Translations under genes and position numbers: made by a program
The notes under the pieces: generated by a model
Database searches by the model: none
What the model was told of the DNA's origin: nothing
Seen by the model: the letters and a program-made list of their open reading frames with translations, nothing else
Origin: Bacteroidales bacterium
GTDB lineage: Bacteria; Bacteroidota; Bacteroidia; Bacteroidales; FEN-979
DNA: 64,000 nucleotides
Reading direction: 5' to 3'
NCBI GenBank assembly: GCA_014860625.1
Contig: JACZJJ010000088.1
Span: forward strand, 89,443 to 153,442
Part shown: positions 37,911 to 48,500 of the stretch, in pieces
Layout: each line of letters begins with the position of its first letter
Numbering within the stretch: position 1 is the stretch's first letter

Positions 37911-38872
37911 ACCCATCTTCTCCTCCGGCACCAACACTTCTGGACATCGAGAATGCTCACCGCCTGATCCGTCCCTTTATACACCGAACGCCAATACTCA
38001 GCTGCGAAGGCATCAACCATATGGTGGGTTGCAAGATCTGGTTCAAATGCGAGAACATGCAGAAAGTGGGAGCATTCAAAGCCAGGGGAGCCACAAACGC
38101 AATACGTTCACTTGAGCCCGTTCAGCTAAAACAAGGCGTTGCCACCCACTCCTCAGGAAACCACGCACAAGCCCTCTCCTGGGCTGCAAGTCTTGCGGGT
38201 ATCAAAGCCCATATCGTGATGCCGTCCAATTCGAGTACGGTAAAAGTTGATGCCGTCCGTTCCTACGGAGGTAACATCACCCTTTGTGAACCCACCCTGG
38301 AAGCCAGGGAGTCAACCCTTGCCTCGGTCATCGAACAAACCGGTGCGTTTGAGATACATCCTTATAATAACCTGAAGATCATTGCAGGTCAGGCGACAGC
38401 TACTGTTGAATTGCTTGAGGATAAGGATGATCTGGAGATCGTGATGGCACCTGTCGGAGGCGGAGGACTGCTAAGCGGAACGGCTCTTGCATGTCATTAT
38501 CTGGCACCCAATATCAAGGTAATCGCTGCTGAACCTGCCCAGGCAGATGATGCCTTCAGATCGTTTACGCAAAAAACATTCATTCCTTCCATTCATCCAG
38601 ATACCATTGCCGATGGGTTGAGAACATCATTGGGAAGTCTCACCTTCCCCATTATCTTAGCTTTTGTCGACCAGATTGTTACGGTAAGTGAAGCATCTAT
38701 CATCGTTGCCATGAGGTTGTTGTGGGAGCGAATGAAAGTGATCGTTGAGCCTTCTTCGGCTGTGCCCCTTGCAGTCATCATGGAGAATCCAGAGCTATTT
38801 CGCAATAAAAAGACAGGCATCATCCTCTCCGGCGGAAATGCCGACCTTGATCAATTACCCTGGATCATATGA
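37907..38872 (+). CDS. PLP-dependent serine/threonine dehydratase-family enzyme (serine racemase / hydroxyaspartate ammonia-lyase-like)
   Basis: Start taken at the ATG at 37907 (ATGA overlap with the upstream stop). The PLP lysine is in FKCENMQKVGAFKARGA. Also HSSGNHAQA and GGGGLLSG. Confidence 0.8.
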   Translation: MNPSSPPAPTLLDIENAHRLIRPFIHRTPILSCEGINHMVGCKIWFKCENMQKVGAFKARGATNAIRSLEPVQLKQGVATHSSGNHAQALSWAASLAGIKAHIVMPSNSSTVKVDAVRSYGGNITLCEPTLEARESTLASVIEQTGAFEIHPYNNLKIIAGQATATVELLEDKDDLEIVMAPVGGGGLLSGTALACHYLAPNIKVIAAEPAQADDAFRSFTQKTFIPSIHPDTIADGLRTSLGSLTFPIILAFVDQIVTVSEASIIVAMRLLWERMKVIVEPSSAVPLAVIMENPELFRNKKTGIILSGGNADLDQLPWII

Positions 38873-39576
38873 AACGCGGCACTCTATACCTGATTCCTTC
38901 CACCCTTGGAGATACACGCCCCGAAGATGTGTTGCCTGAGAAAACACTGGCTGTAATCCGGTCACTGAACTCATTCATTGTGGAAGAGCTTAGAAGCGCC
39001 AGGCGGTTTCTCAGAAAAGCAGGATATCAGGGTGATTTTGAAAGGACAGGATTGCTGGTGTTCAATGAACATACCAACAGGGATGATCTTGCTGCGTTTC
39101 TTGAGCCAATGCTGGCCGGAACCGACACAGGACTTCTTTCAGAAGCCGGGACTCCATGCATCGCCGATCCTGGTGCAGAAATAGTAGAGATTGCAAGAGA
39201 GCATGGCATCCGGGTAATTCCTCTTTCTGGACCAAACTCCATCTTGATGGCGCTGATGGCATCAGGGTTTAACGGTCAGAATTTTACCTTTCATGGATAC
39301 ATTCCTATCGACCGCAACGAGCGTCAGCGAAAAATCAGGGAGATGGAGAGAGCTGCTGTTGAGAAGGATCAAACCCAGATTTTTATTGAAACACCGTACC
39401 GTAATAAAGCTATCTTTGAGGCACTTATTCAGACCTGTAACCAGGCAACAAGGCTTTGCATTGCGCTAGAAGTCACCACAGAAAATGAATCGATTGAGGT
39501 CCGAACCATCGCAGAGTGGAAGAAAAGGAATGAACATCTACACAAGAAACCGGCAGTCTTTCTCTTATACAGATAA
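38869..39576 (+). CDS. SAM-dependent methyltransferase, tetrapyrrole-methylase (RsmI/YraL-like) fold
   Basis: 235 aa. TLYLIPSTLGD start, SEAGTPCIADPG and IPLSGPNS motifs. ATGA overlap with the upstream gene. Confidence 0.7.
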   Translation: MKRGTLYLIPSTLGDTRPEDVLPEKTLAVIRSLNSFIVEELRSARRFLRKAGYQGDFERTGLLVFNEHTNRDDLAAFLEPMLAGTDTGLLSEAGTPCIADPGAEIVEIAREHGIRVIPLSGPNSILMALMASGFNGQNFTFHGYIPIDRNERQRKIREMERAAVEKDQTQIFIETPYRNKAIFEALIQTCNQATRLCIALEVTTENESIEVRTIAEWKKRNEHLHKKPAVFLLYR

Positions 39577-39644
39577 TCAACTCCGGCCTGTAACAAACAT
39601 ACTGTCTGATCGTCTAACAATACCTCAGTAAACTAAAAAATCCA

Positions 39645-40544
39645 TTGGAAACAATTCTTTCAATCAATCAACTCTCCAAACGATATGGCCGCATTCAGGC
39701 GGTAAATAAATTGTCGCTGGAGGTTGTCAAAGGACAGGTCTTTGGAATTCTTGGTCCAAACGGCAGTGGAAAGTCAACCACGCTGGGCATGATCCTCGAC
39801 CTGATCCGACCCGATTCAGGAAGCTTTACCTGGTTTGGCGAACATCCATCCAAAGAGAGCAGAAAACGTATCGGAGCCGTCATTGAAACCCCGAACTTCT
39901 TCCCTTATCTCAGTGCCCGGAAAAATCTGGAGATTGTCGCAAAAGTGAAAGATTACGACAATTCTGATATTGAGAGGGTGCTGCGTACAACGGGTTTGTA
40001 TGATCGCAAAAATGACAAGTTCAAAACCTATTCCTTCGGCATGAAACAGCGATTGGCTGTGGCCTCTGCCTTACTTAACAACCCTGATATTCTGATCCTT
40101 GACGAGCCAACCAATGGTCTCGACCCCCAGGGAATTGCACATATCAGGGAGTTGATTCTCCAGGTTGCCAGTGAAGGGATAACCATCATTCTGGCCAGCC
40201 ACCTGTTGGATGAAGTTCAGAAGATCTGTAACTATGTAGCTGTTCTGAACAAAGGAAACATTCTCTTTTCAGGGGAGGTCCACGATGTACTGGCCATCTC
40301 CGACTGCATCGAACTTGCTTCAGCTGACAATGCAGCCCTGAAAGCTGCTATTGAAGCGCATCCGGCATTTCATTCCATTATCGAATCCGACGGAATCCTT
40401 CTGGTCGTATTTTCAGAAGATGTAAGACCTGGAGCCATCAGTGAATACCTTCATCAAAAGAACATCTCCCTATCCCATCTGACGGAGAGGAAACGGACGC
40501 TTGAACAACATTTTCTGGAACTATTGAAAGACAACGAATCATGA
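39645..40544 (+). CDS. ABC transporter ATP-binding protein (ABC-2 exporter type)
   Basis: 299 aa with a TTG start in the ORF track. Walker A GPNGSGKST, signature-like FGMKQRLAVA, Walker B ILILDEP. Confidence 0.85.
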   Translation: METILSINQLSKRYGRIQAVNKLSLEVVKGQVFGILGPNGSGKSTTLGMILDLIRPDSGSFTWFGEHPSKESRKRIGAVIETPNFFPYLSARKNLEIVAKVKDYDNSDIERVLRTTGLYDRKNDKFKTYSFGMKQRLAVASALLNNPDILILDEPTNGLDPQGIAHIRELILQVASEGITIILASHLLDEVQKICNYVAVLNKGNILFSGEVHDVLAISDCIELASADNAALKAAIEAHPAFHSIIESDGILLVVFSEDVRPGAISEYLHQKNISLSHLTERKRTLEQHFLELLKDNES

Positions 40545-41368
40545 AGCTGCTCTCCATCGAACTAAAGAAGATCCTGCCCTATAAAACCTTCTGGATCATC
40601 ATCGGGCTCTATTTCCTGTTTCTTGCCCTGGGCATCATCATGGCAGAATACATTGTCAATGCAATGGTCGACGATGTGAACAAACGGTTGCCCATCCCCC
40701 TCCCCCATGCGGTATTGTTCTATTTTCCCGACATCTGGCAGAACCTTACCTTCTTTGCCAGCATCCGGTTCGTGCTGATCTTTCCGGCAATTATTGTCAT
40801 CATTCTGATTACGAATGAGTTCACAAATAAAACGGTAAGGCAGAACATCGTAAACGGAATGTCGCGGAGCGAATTTATCTATTCTAAACTCCAGGTTGTT
40901 TTTATGCTTGCACTGATTATTACCGTGATTCTCATGCTGGTGATGTTAACATTGGGGTTGATTCATTCAGACAGCCAGAGCTTGTCGCTGATGCTAAACG
41001 GCTTTTCTTTCGTCATCGGTTTCTTCATCCAGATGCTGACCTACCTCTGCTTTGCCTTCTTTGTTGCATTTATGCTCCGAAACACTGGACTGGCAATTGC
41101 TCTTTTTACCCTGTACACGATTATCATTGAGCCGGTTATCTACTTCTTGCTCCGCGCTCCTTTTATCTGGGAAAACACCGTATACACGTATCTGCCTGTG
41201 AACTCCGTGATACGCATTGTCGAATACCCCTCTATACCTGCATTGAAAAAGTTGATGAATTTTCAACTTCAGGACCAGGTTACCCTGCTTGCCTGTGCAG
41301 TTCCAATGATCTACGCTGCTGTGATGATCGGGATCGTTTACCTGACTTTCAATAAGAGGGACCTGTAA
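40541..41368 (+). CDS. ABC-2-type transporter permease
   Basis: 275 aa with 6 hydrophobic segments. ATGA overlap with the ATPase gene. Confidence 0.7.
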   Translation: MKLLSIELKKILPYKTFWIIIGLYFLFLALGIIMAEYIVNAMVDDVNKRLPIPLPHAVLFYFPDIWQNLTFFASIRFVLIFPAIIVIILITNEFTNKTVRQNIVNGMSRSEFIYSKLQVVFMLALIITVILMLVMLTLGLIHSDSQSLSLMLNGFSFVIGFFIQMLTYLCFAFFVAFMLRNTGLAIALFTLYTIIIEPVIYFLLRAPFIWENTVYTYLPVNSVIRIVEYPSIPALKKLMNFQLQDQVTLLACAVPMIYAAVMIGIVYLTFNKRDL

Positions 41369-41370
41369 GC

Positions 41371-41433
41371 GAAGTACAAATTACGAAGTACGATAGAGAA
41401 GTTAGAAGTAAGAAGGACGAAGAAAGCTAGAAG
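41371..41433. repeat. Purine-rich tandem array with 7-bp period (about 9 units, GAAGTAC/AAGTTAG type) filling a convergent intergenic spacer
   Basis: Read directly: gaagtac aaattac gaagtac gatagag aagttag aagtaag aaggacg aagaaag ctagaag. Positions 41399-41422 are 23/24 identical to 56991-57014. Confidence 0.75.
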
Positions 41434-41439
41434 GGGAGA

Positions 41440-42738
41440 TTATTTGGTCTCCAGCAAATCCCCACTGATCAGATGGTTTAACGACTTTAATCGTGAAAGA
41501 AGCGGTGGGTGGGAATAGTGGAAGAACACATACAAAGGGTGTGGCCGAAGGTTGCTGAGCTGATTCACAGATAATTTCTTTAGCGCTTCCTGCAACGCTC
41601 CCGGATTGTATCTCTCCCCTGCAAACCTGTCTGCCGCATATTCATTTCTCCGTGACAACACATTGTTAACCAGCCCGAGTATCAGCGACAATGGACTGTA
41701 CAACATCCCGAAGGCAAGAATTCCAAGTTGAAACGAGGGTACTGCTTTATACTCCGAAAACCCAGCAAGTGACTGACAGAGATCAGCAGCCAGCCAACTG
41801 TCCTTCCCGATGAACAACGATAGAACAAAGAGCATCAGCCCGGTCTGAAGAACTCCGATCACGATACCTTGACGCGTGTGTTTCATTTTGTAGTGCCCGA
41901 TCTCATGAGCCAGGATGGCAACCAGCTCGCTGATCGTATGGTCCTGTATCAGCGTATCATACAGCACAATCCTCTTTTTCATCCCTAACCCGGTGAAATA
42001 GGCATTGGCTTTTGAGGATCGTTTGGAGCCGTCAATCACATAAATATTCCGAAGGTTGAATCCTGTATCTGCTGCAAAAGATTCGATTGCGTCACGCAGC
42101 GCACCGGGTTCTAATAGAGTTTGCTTGTTAAACAGAGGAACGATCAGATTGGAATAAAACAGGGTCATGCATACCATGAAAAAGGTGATCACGCCCCATA
42201 CTACCAGCCAGAAATAGTTCCCCATAGATAAATATATCCACACGATCAATGACAGGAGTCCTCCCCCGATAATTGCCCCGAGTAACCATCCTTTCAGCTT
42301 ATCCAGGATGAATGTCCTCATGGTGGTTTTATTGAATCCGAATCTCTCTTCAATGACAAATGTGCTGTAAATCTCGAAAGGGATCAGAACGATGGATGAG
42401 CCAACTCCCAGAATGCCGAAAAAGAGAAGTGACAGGATGATGGGGTTGTCAGAAAAACTCCGCATGAGATGATCAAGCCAGACAAATCCGCCTGACGCCA
42501 GCAGGGTCATCATGGCTGCAAACGAGAAACAGGAAATAATCCATGAAAACTTCTGCTTCACCTTCAGGTATTGCTGGGATTTCCTGTACTTATCCTCCTG
42601 GTAAATTCCAACGAGTTCTTTTGGGAGCATATCACTCCAGCGGGTGGTGTTGAGATACTCCAGAAACCGTTCAAGGAGAAAATCAACCGCAAGAATACTG
42701 AGGATCAGATAAAAAAATGTCATTGCCAGCGAACTCAT
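41440..42738 (-). CDS. M48-family integral-membrane zinc metalloprotease (Ste24/HtpX-like)
   Basis: Start taken at the ATG at 42738, which overlaps the upstream stop as TGATG. Several TM helices. HExxH as LAHEIGHYKMKH. Also NEYAADRFA. Confidence 0.8.
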   Translation of the reverse strand: MSSLAMTFFYLILSILAVDFLLERFLEYLNTTRWSDMLPKELVGIYQEDKYRKSQQYLKVKQKFSWIISCFSFAAMMTLLASGGFVWLDHLMRSFSDNPIILSLLFFGILGVGSSIVLIPFEIYSTFVIEERFGFNKTTMRTFILDKLKGWLLGAIIGGGLLSLIVWIYLSMGNYFWLVVWGVITFFMVCMTLFYSNLIVPLFNKQTLLEPGALRDAIESFAADTGFNLRNIYVIDGSKRSSKANAYFTGLGMKKRIVLYDTLIQDHTISELVAILAHEIGHYKMKHTRQGIVIGVLQTGLMLFVLSLFIGKDSWLAADLCQSLAGFSEYKAVPSFQLGILAFGMLYSPLSLILGLVNNVLSRRNEYAADRFAGERYNPGALQEALKKLSVNQLSNLRPHPLYVFFHYSHPPLLSRLKSLNHLISGDLLETK

Positions 42739-44810
42739 CACAAACCAGCATATTTCCGGAGAGCCCACTCTCCTGTGAGAAGACATAGGATTAACAGAAA
42801 TACCCAGGGGGCATTGATCAACTCCGAGAACATCTTTTGTACGTACGAAATGGAATGAATCTCCTCACTCTGTTTTAAAAGTTCAGGAATCTCAGACATA
42901 TTTTCAGCATATAGCAACTTTCCCCGGTGGCTTTCTGCTATCCTGTATAACAGATTGTGATTTGCAGTAAGGTTGACAGCCTCGATATTTACAGGAGTGA
43001 CAACAAATGAGCCTCTCTTCTCGAAGGCATCCTGTCCGGTGGTTACTGCTGCCCTGTATACATAAACACCCGGAGGGAATGTTCCGGCATTGAGAAAATA
43101 GGTTGAACCCGTTTGTCCGAAGGTATAGGGATAGTTGTTCCCCTCTTCATCCGTGATCACCATGTTGACATCCGGTTCATTGATCAGTTCATAACTCTGA
43201 TTGTACACTTCTGCCTGAATTTCAACCGACTCGTTTTCAAATAATTCAGACTTCATTTTTATCCTGAAGTAGCTCCTGTCCTGCTTCACACAGAGGTATT
43301 GAACGATCTTCTGCATCAACTCGTCAAAGGTGTGGTGATCTCCCGACTGGGTATAGTCTGTAATTCTCCAGCGCCAGAAATTTTCACCTGTGATGAAGCC
43401 GCGTTTTTGATCCGCTGAGTGAGTAAAGGAAACCAAAGGGAAACGAGTTGTGACGCCGTTTATTCGTTGATAAGCAAGGACTTCGGTAAGAGATGAATAC
43501 TGGTATGCTCCGAATGGAGACTGTAGCGGTGAAAATTGCGGAATCAGCCTGATCAGAGACGGGCTCACTGAAAAATAGGGAAAGGCTTCGTTGATAATGG
43601 GATATGATTCACTGTAAGAGAGCCTTGTCATGGAGAGAATCATTCCTGCATTCAACGCATTGAATGCAGGTATATCTGATTGGGAGCCAAGTACAAAGAG
43701 AGCAGATGGGAGTTTGTCCATCACCGATTGGGCGATCCGTATTCCACGAACTGAGGGAACCTGGTAGAAGATGGCGAGGGCAGCACTATCCGACGTCAGG
43801 AGAAACTCTTCCGGCGACCGCTCGATCACTTCAAACTTTTCGTTGGTCACAAGGGCATCCCGGATGGATCCAATGTCAGGATGGGGAGCATCATAAACAA
43901 GCAGGACCTTTGTCCGCACATCCAGCACTTCAATGAAAACCTCCTGCCGGTTATTCTCCTGGCTTATCTCCCCTTCAACCGATGTGGCAGAAATGGAATA
44001 CCTGTGCCATCCCGGTTCCGTGGCTTTCAGCTGAACTGGAATCTGTCTTGAAAAGCGATTGCCCCGGATTAGCAGGTCGTAAGTACCAACCACCTTATTA
44101 TTCTCTTTCACGCTCAGAGCAGTTCTCTCACCGTCGCAATGAAAAGCATCAACATGTATCTCTATAGAAAAATCATCCCCCATGAAGACCTGAGGGTTAT
44201 ATAACACCTTATTGATCAGAATATCACGATGGTCAGTTGTATCGCCGAGAGCTACCGTGTAGATCGGGTAAGGAAGGTCTCTTGCTGCATAAAAAGGGTC
44301 CATGCCGAAGTTGTAGATACCATCAGATATCAGGATAACGGCTCCCACATTCCTGTTTTCATATCGGGTAGATATCTCTGAGAAAAAGCGTGAGATATCT
44401 GTCATTTTCTCTTCAAAGCCGGATGCCATAGGAGAAATCACGTTATCACCAAAGGAGTATGTCCTCACCTCATAGGCATCTTTCAGACTCGCAATCAGCT
44501 CGTTGAGTTTTTCAGGATATTCACGATTGATAAGAGCTGAATCGGAGCCCAGGCGCAATGATTCGGAGTTATCCTGCCCCACGATGATGACCGGCTTCTC
44601 AACAACAGTCAGCGATTGTCTGATCAATGGAGAGAGCAACAGAAATGAGATGACAAATACTGTAAAAAACCTCAGGAATACCATGACCCATCGTAGCCAC
44701 AGGCTTACGCTCCCTTTGTCGGACCTGAAATAGAGGAAGAATGCGTATGCAGCTCCCAATAACAGGCATAAGAGAATGAACCAAGGAGGATATTCTGTGA
44801 GGAGTCCCAA
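42738..44810 (-). CDS. Large N-terminally membrane-anchored protein with a putative VWA/GATase1-like domain (function unknown)
   Basis: 690 aa with a TTG start in the ORF track. Two or three N-terminal TM helices. IIVGQDNSESL...GAVILISDGIYN...YTVALGD is reminiscent of BatA/VWA-type membrane proteins. The call is weak. Confidence 0.45.
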   Translation of the reverse strand: MGLLTEYPPWFILLCLLLGAAYAFFLYFRSDKGSVSLWLRWVMVFLRFFTVFVISFLLLSPLIRQSLTVVEKPVIIVGQDNSESLRLGSDSALINREYPEKLNELIASLKDAYEVRTYSFGDNVISPMASGFEEKMTDISRFFSEISTRYENRNVGAVILISDGIYNFGMDPFYAARDLPYPIYTVALGDTTDHRDILINKVLYNPQVFMGDDFSIEIHVDAFHCDGERTALSVKENNKVVGTYDLLIRGNRFSRQIPVQLKATEPGWHRYSISATSVEGEISQENNRQEVFIEVLDVRTKVLLVYDAPHPDIGSIRDALVTNEKFEVIERSPEEFLLTSDSAALAIFYQVPSVRGIRIAQSVMDKLPSALFVLGSQSDIPAFNALNAGMILSMTRLSYSESYPIINEAFPYFSVSPSLIRLIPQFSPLQSPFGAYQYSSLTEVLAYQRINGVTTRFPLVSFTHSADQKRGFITGENFWRWRITDYTQSGDHHTFDELMQKIVQYLCVKQDRSYFRIKMKSELFENESVEIQAEVYNQSYELINEPDVNMVITDEEGNNYPYTFGQTGSTYFLNAGTFPPGVYVYRAAVTTGQDAFEKRGSFVVTPVNIEAVNLTANHNLLYRIAESHRGKLLYAENMSEIPELLKQSEEIHSISYVQKMFSELINAPWVFLLILCLLTGEWALRKYAGL

Positions 44811-44821
44811 CGGAAGTTAGA

Positions 44822-45568
44822 TTATGTATGCATCCCGCCACAAACGCTGATAACCTGTCCTGTTACATAAGCGCTGAGGTCAGAGGCCAGGAAAACAGAT
44901 ACATCAGCTACATCGGCAGGCAGACCGGGACGTTTCAACGGTATCTTCTCGACCCATGCCTTGCGGAAATCTTCCGGAATTTTGGCGGTCATCTCCGTCT
45001 CAATAAATCCGGGAGCGATGGCATTCACACGGATGCTCCTGCTTCCCAGTTCCATGGCAATAGATTTGGTGAAACCGATGATGCCGGCTTTTGATGCAGC
45101 GTAATTTGATTGGCCTGCATTCCCCGATAAGCCAACCACCGAGCTCATATTGATGATACTTCCCTGACGCTGGCTCAGGAAATGTTTCTGGATTGCTTTG
45201 GTAAGGTTAAATACAGACTTCAGGTTTACATTGATCACAGCATCCCAATCCGATTCACTCATTCTGAGCAGGAGGGTATCCCGGGTAATTCCGGCATTGT
45301 TAACCAACACCTGGATCGACTGAAAGTCTTTGAGCACGAGGGCAATCAACTCTTCGCTCCCACTTAGCGAACTGGCATCAGAAGCATACCCTTTCCCTTT
45401 GATTCCCAATGCCGCCAGCTCTTTTTCCAGCTCCTTTGAGTCATCGTTGTATGCAATGTCTGAAAAAGCAACATTTGCGCCCTGTTCAGCAAACCTGACA
45501 GCAATTGCTTTTCCAATCCCCCGGTTTGCGCCGGTAATCAATGCTGTTTTTCCTTCTAATAATTTCAT
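44822..45568 (-). CDS. fabG: 3-oxoacyl-[ACP] reductase (SDR family)
   Basis: 248 aa. TGANRGIGKAIA, NNAGI, and SNYAASKAG (YxxxK). Confidence 0.85.
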   Translation of the reverse strand: MKLLEGKTALITGANRGIGKAIAVRFAEQGANVAFSDIAYNDDSKELEKELAALGIKGKGYASDASSLSGSEELIALVLKDFQSIQVLVNNAGITRDTLLLRMSESDWDAVINVNLKSVFNLTKAIQKHFLSQRQGSIINMSSVVGLSGNAGQSNYAASKAGIIGFTKSIAMELGSRSIRVNAIAPGFIETEMTAKIPEDFRKAWVEKIPLKRPGLPADVADVSVFLASDLSAYVTGQVISVCGGMHT

Positions 45569-45585
45569 AGATTATAGGTATTTGA

Positions 45586-48500
45586 TTAGATCCATTTAAC
45601 GAGGTGAAAATCCTGACGGTGAGGCAACAATGGGTTTTTTGGGAAAAGCCTGAACACATAATCGTAAACACCGGCCTGGTTCAGAGCAATGTCGCATGTG
45701 AACGAAACAATGTTTCTTTCTGCCTTTTCAAGCTGCATCTCACGTATAAAGATCGGTTCCTTTACCACATCGTTTACTTTTTTACCAAACAAAACCTCGA
45801 TTCCGATGTCCGTGCCGGAAAGCTCATTCAGGTCAAGTATGATCTCCGCCTTAAATGTCTGTCCCAACTCGAGTGGCTTCTGAGTTGAGTCAGGCGTTTT
45901 TACCGACAACACTTCAATACTATCCCATCCTCTCATTACTTTCCTTTTCCAGGAAGCGATATGCCGGGCCATCTCGTAATTTTTCCCGATGATCACTTTT
46001 GAACGTTTCAGCATTCTGTTATAGTAGCGCTCGAAATAGTCATCCAACTGCCTTTTCATGGTAAAATGAGGGGCAATCTCCGAAATCGTATTCTTGATGT
46101 AGGAGACCCATTCAACAGGCACCTCCTTTGAATCGCGCTGGTAATAGAGTGGAATGATTTCCTCCTCAAGAACGGTATAAATGGTCTCGGCGTCTAATTC
46201 ATCCTGAAATTGAGCGTTGTCGTATGTCTCCTCTTCCCGGAGTGCCCATCCCGCGTTTTTGCGGTATCCTTCAGCCCACCAGCCATCCAGTACGCTGAAG
46301 TTGATGACCCCGTTCATAATGGCCTTTTCACCGGATGTACCAGAGGCTTCAAGCGGACGGGTAGGTGTATTGAGCCACACATCCACCCCACGAATGAGGT
46401 ATTTCGCCAACTCAATGTCATAGTTCTCAACAAACAGGATTTTTCCCAGGAAATCAGGCAAATGCATCACTTCGAAAATGCGTTTGATCAGGTCCTGGCC
46501 AGCCTTGTCGTGAGGATGTGCTTTTCCGGCAAAAATGAACTGAACGGGTCGTTCTTCATTATTTACAATCCTGGAGAGCCTGTCGAGATTGCTGAAAAGC
46601 AAATGAGCGCGTTTATAGGTAGCAAAGCGACGGGCAAATCCAATAGTCATGGCATTTTTCGGCAGGGATTCCCGGATTTTGAACATCACTTTCGGATTTT
46701 CGTTTCGGCGGGTCATATCGTCGTAAACACGTTTCAGCAGGTATTCCGAAAGTTGATTTTTTTGTTTCAGCTTGGTATTCCATATCGTTTCATCGTCTAC
46801 CGAATGGATCTTTTTCCAGAATTCAGGATTTGACTGATCCTTTAGAAATGCTTCTCCGAAAACCTTCAGGTAAAGCTGCTGCCAGGATTTGGAAGTCCAG
46901 GTGGGATAATGAACACCGTTGGTGACATAGCCGATATGCAATTCATCCGGGTAATATCCCGTGTAAAGCTTGGCGAACATCTCGCGTGAGACACGGCCAT
47001 GGATTTTGCTGACACCATTGATCTCCTGAGAGAAATTGGCTGCCAGCACACTCATGGAGAATTTTTCATTGGGATCATTCTCCACCATCCTGCCTAGATT
47101 CATGAACTGATCCCACTTGATGTTGAGGTGGTCGGAAAAATGAGCCAGATATCTCCTCAGAAGATCCTCCGGGAAGGTGTCGTGTCCGGCAGGAACAGGT
47201 GTGTGGGTAGTAAAAAGGGTGGTAGAACGTACAACCTCAACAGCCTGCAGGAAGGTGAGTCGTTCATTCTGGATGAATTTTCTCATTCGCTCGAGGCCTA
47301 TAAAAGCCGAATGTCCTTCGTTGCTGTGAAAGAGATTTGGTTTCATTCCCAGTGCATCCAGCGCCCTGATCCCTCCGATGCCCAGCAGGATTTCCTGTCG
47401 CAGACGATGTTCCTGGTCTCCGCCATATAACTGATGCGTAATGGAGCGATCCGATTCGATGTTCTCTTCAATATCCGTATCCAGCAGAAATAGAGGAATA
47501 CGTCCAACATCAACACGCCAGATCTTGGCATATAAGGTTCGGCCCGGAAGCACCAGGGAGACTTTCAGCCAGTTCCCGTTTTCGTCGCGGATGGGATTCA
47601 GTGGCAGGTGTGTGAACTTCTGCGGAAACGATGTAGCAATCTGATCCCCGAACAAAGAAAGACTCTGCCTGAAGTAGCCGTAGCGGTATAACAACCCGAT
47701 CCCAACCATGTTCACATTCGAGTCGCTGGCCTCTTTCAGGTAGTCACCGGCAAGCAGTCCTAGTCCTCCTGAGAAGATCTTAATCGTATCATGCAAGCCA
47801 TACTCCATACTGAAATAGGCAATCATCTCTTTAGGCTTTTCCTCTCCCTGCGCCAGGTAACTATCAAACTTTGCGAGAACCTTTCGAAGTCGTGCTACAA
47901 ACTTTTCATTGCTACTGAGTGCCTGAAGTTCTTCGTAGTTAAGTGATTCGAGAAGCGCCACAGGGTTGAATTTCAACTCATACCACCTGTCGTGGTTGAT
48001 CTGCTCAAACAACTCACTCCCTTCATAATTCCACGACCACCAGAGGTTTCTGGCAAGCCGTTCCAGCCCGTCAAGGTTCTCAGGAATCCGCTGCTGAACA
48101 AGCACTTTTTTCCACTCGGGCTTAATATCATCAATCGCAGTGATTTTAGGAGCTATCGCCTGAGGCTGTTTGCTGCGAAACTTATCAGCTCTCAACTCAC
48201 TTTTTTCAAGCGCCCTGGAGAAGGCTTCCTTATAATATATGATCAGGTTCTTCCATAATGCCGACCGTGAAATTTCATAGGCTTTGATCCTGATCTTGAT
48301 GATCTCCTTCTCTGTCTTGTTCGAACAAAGAATCACATTCTTCACCATCTCATCAACCACCTCGGAAGCATTCGTATCCGTTCGTTCTACCACTGAGATA
48401 CACTCTTTGACAGAGGGGAAAAGATCTTTTACCCATTGACCGAAGCCAGCCAGGGTTGTTGTAATCGTAGGGATGTGGAATGCCAGGCTCTCCAACGGAG

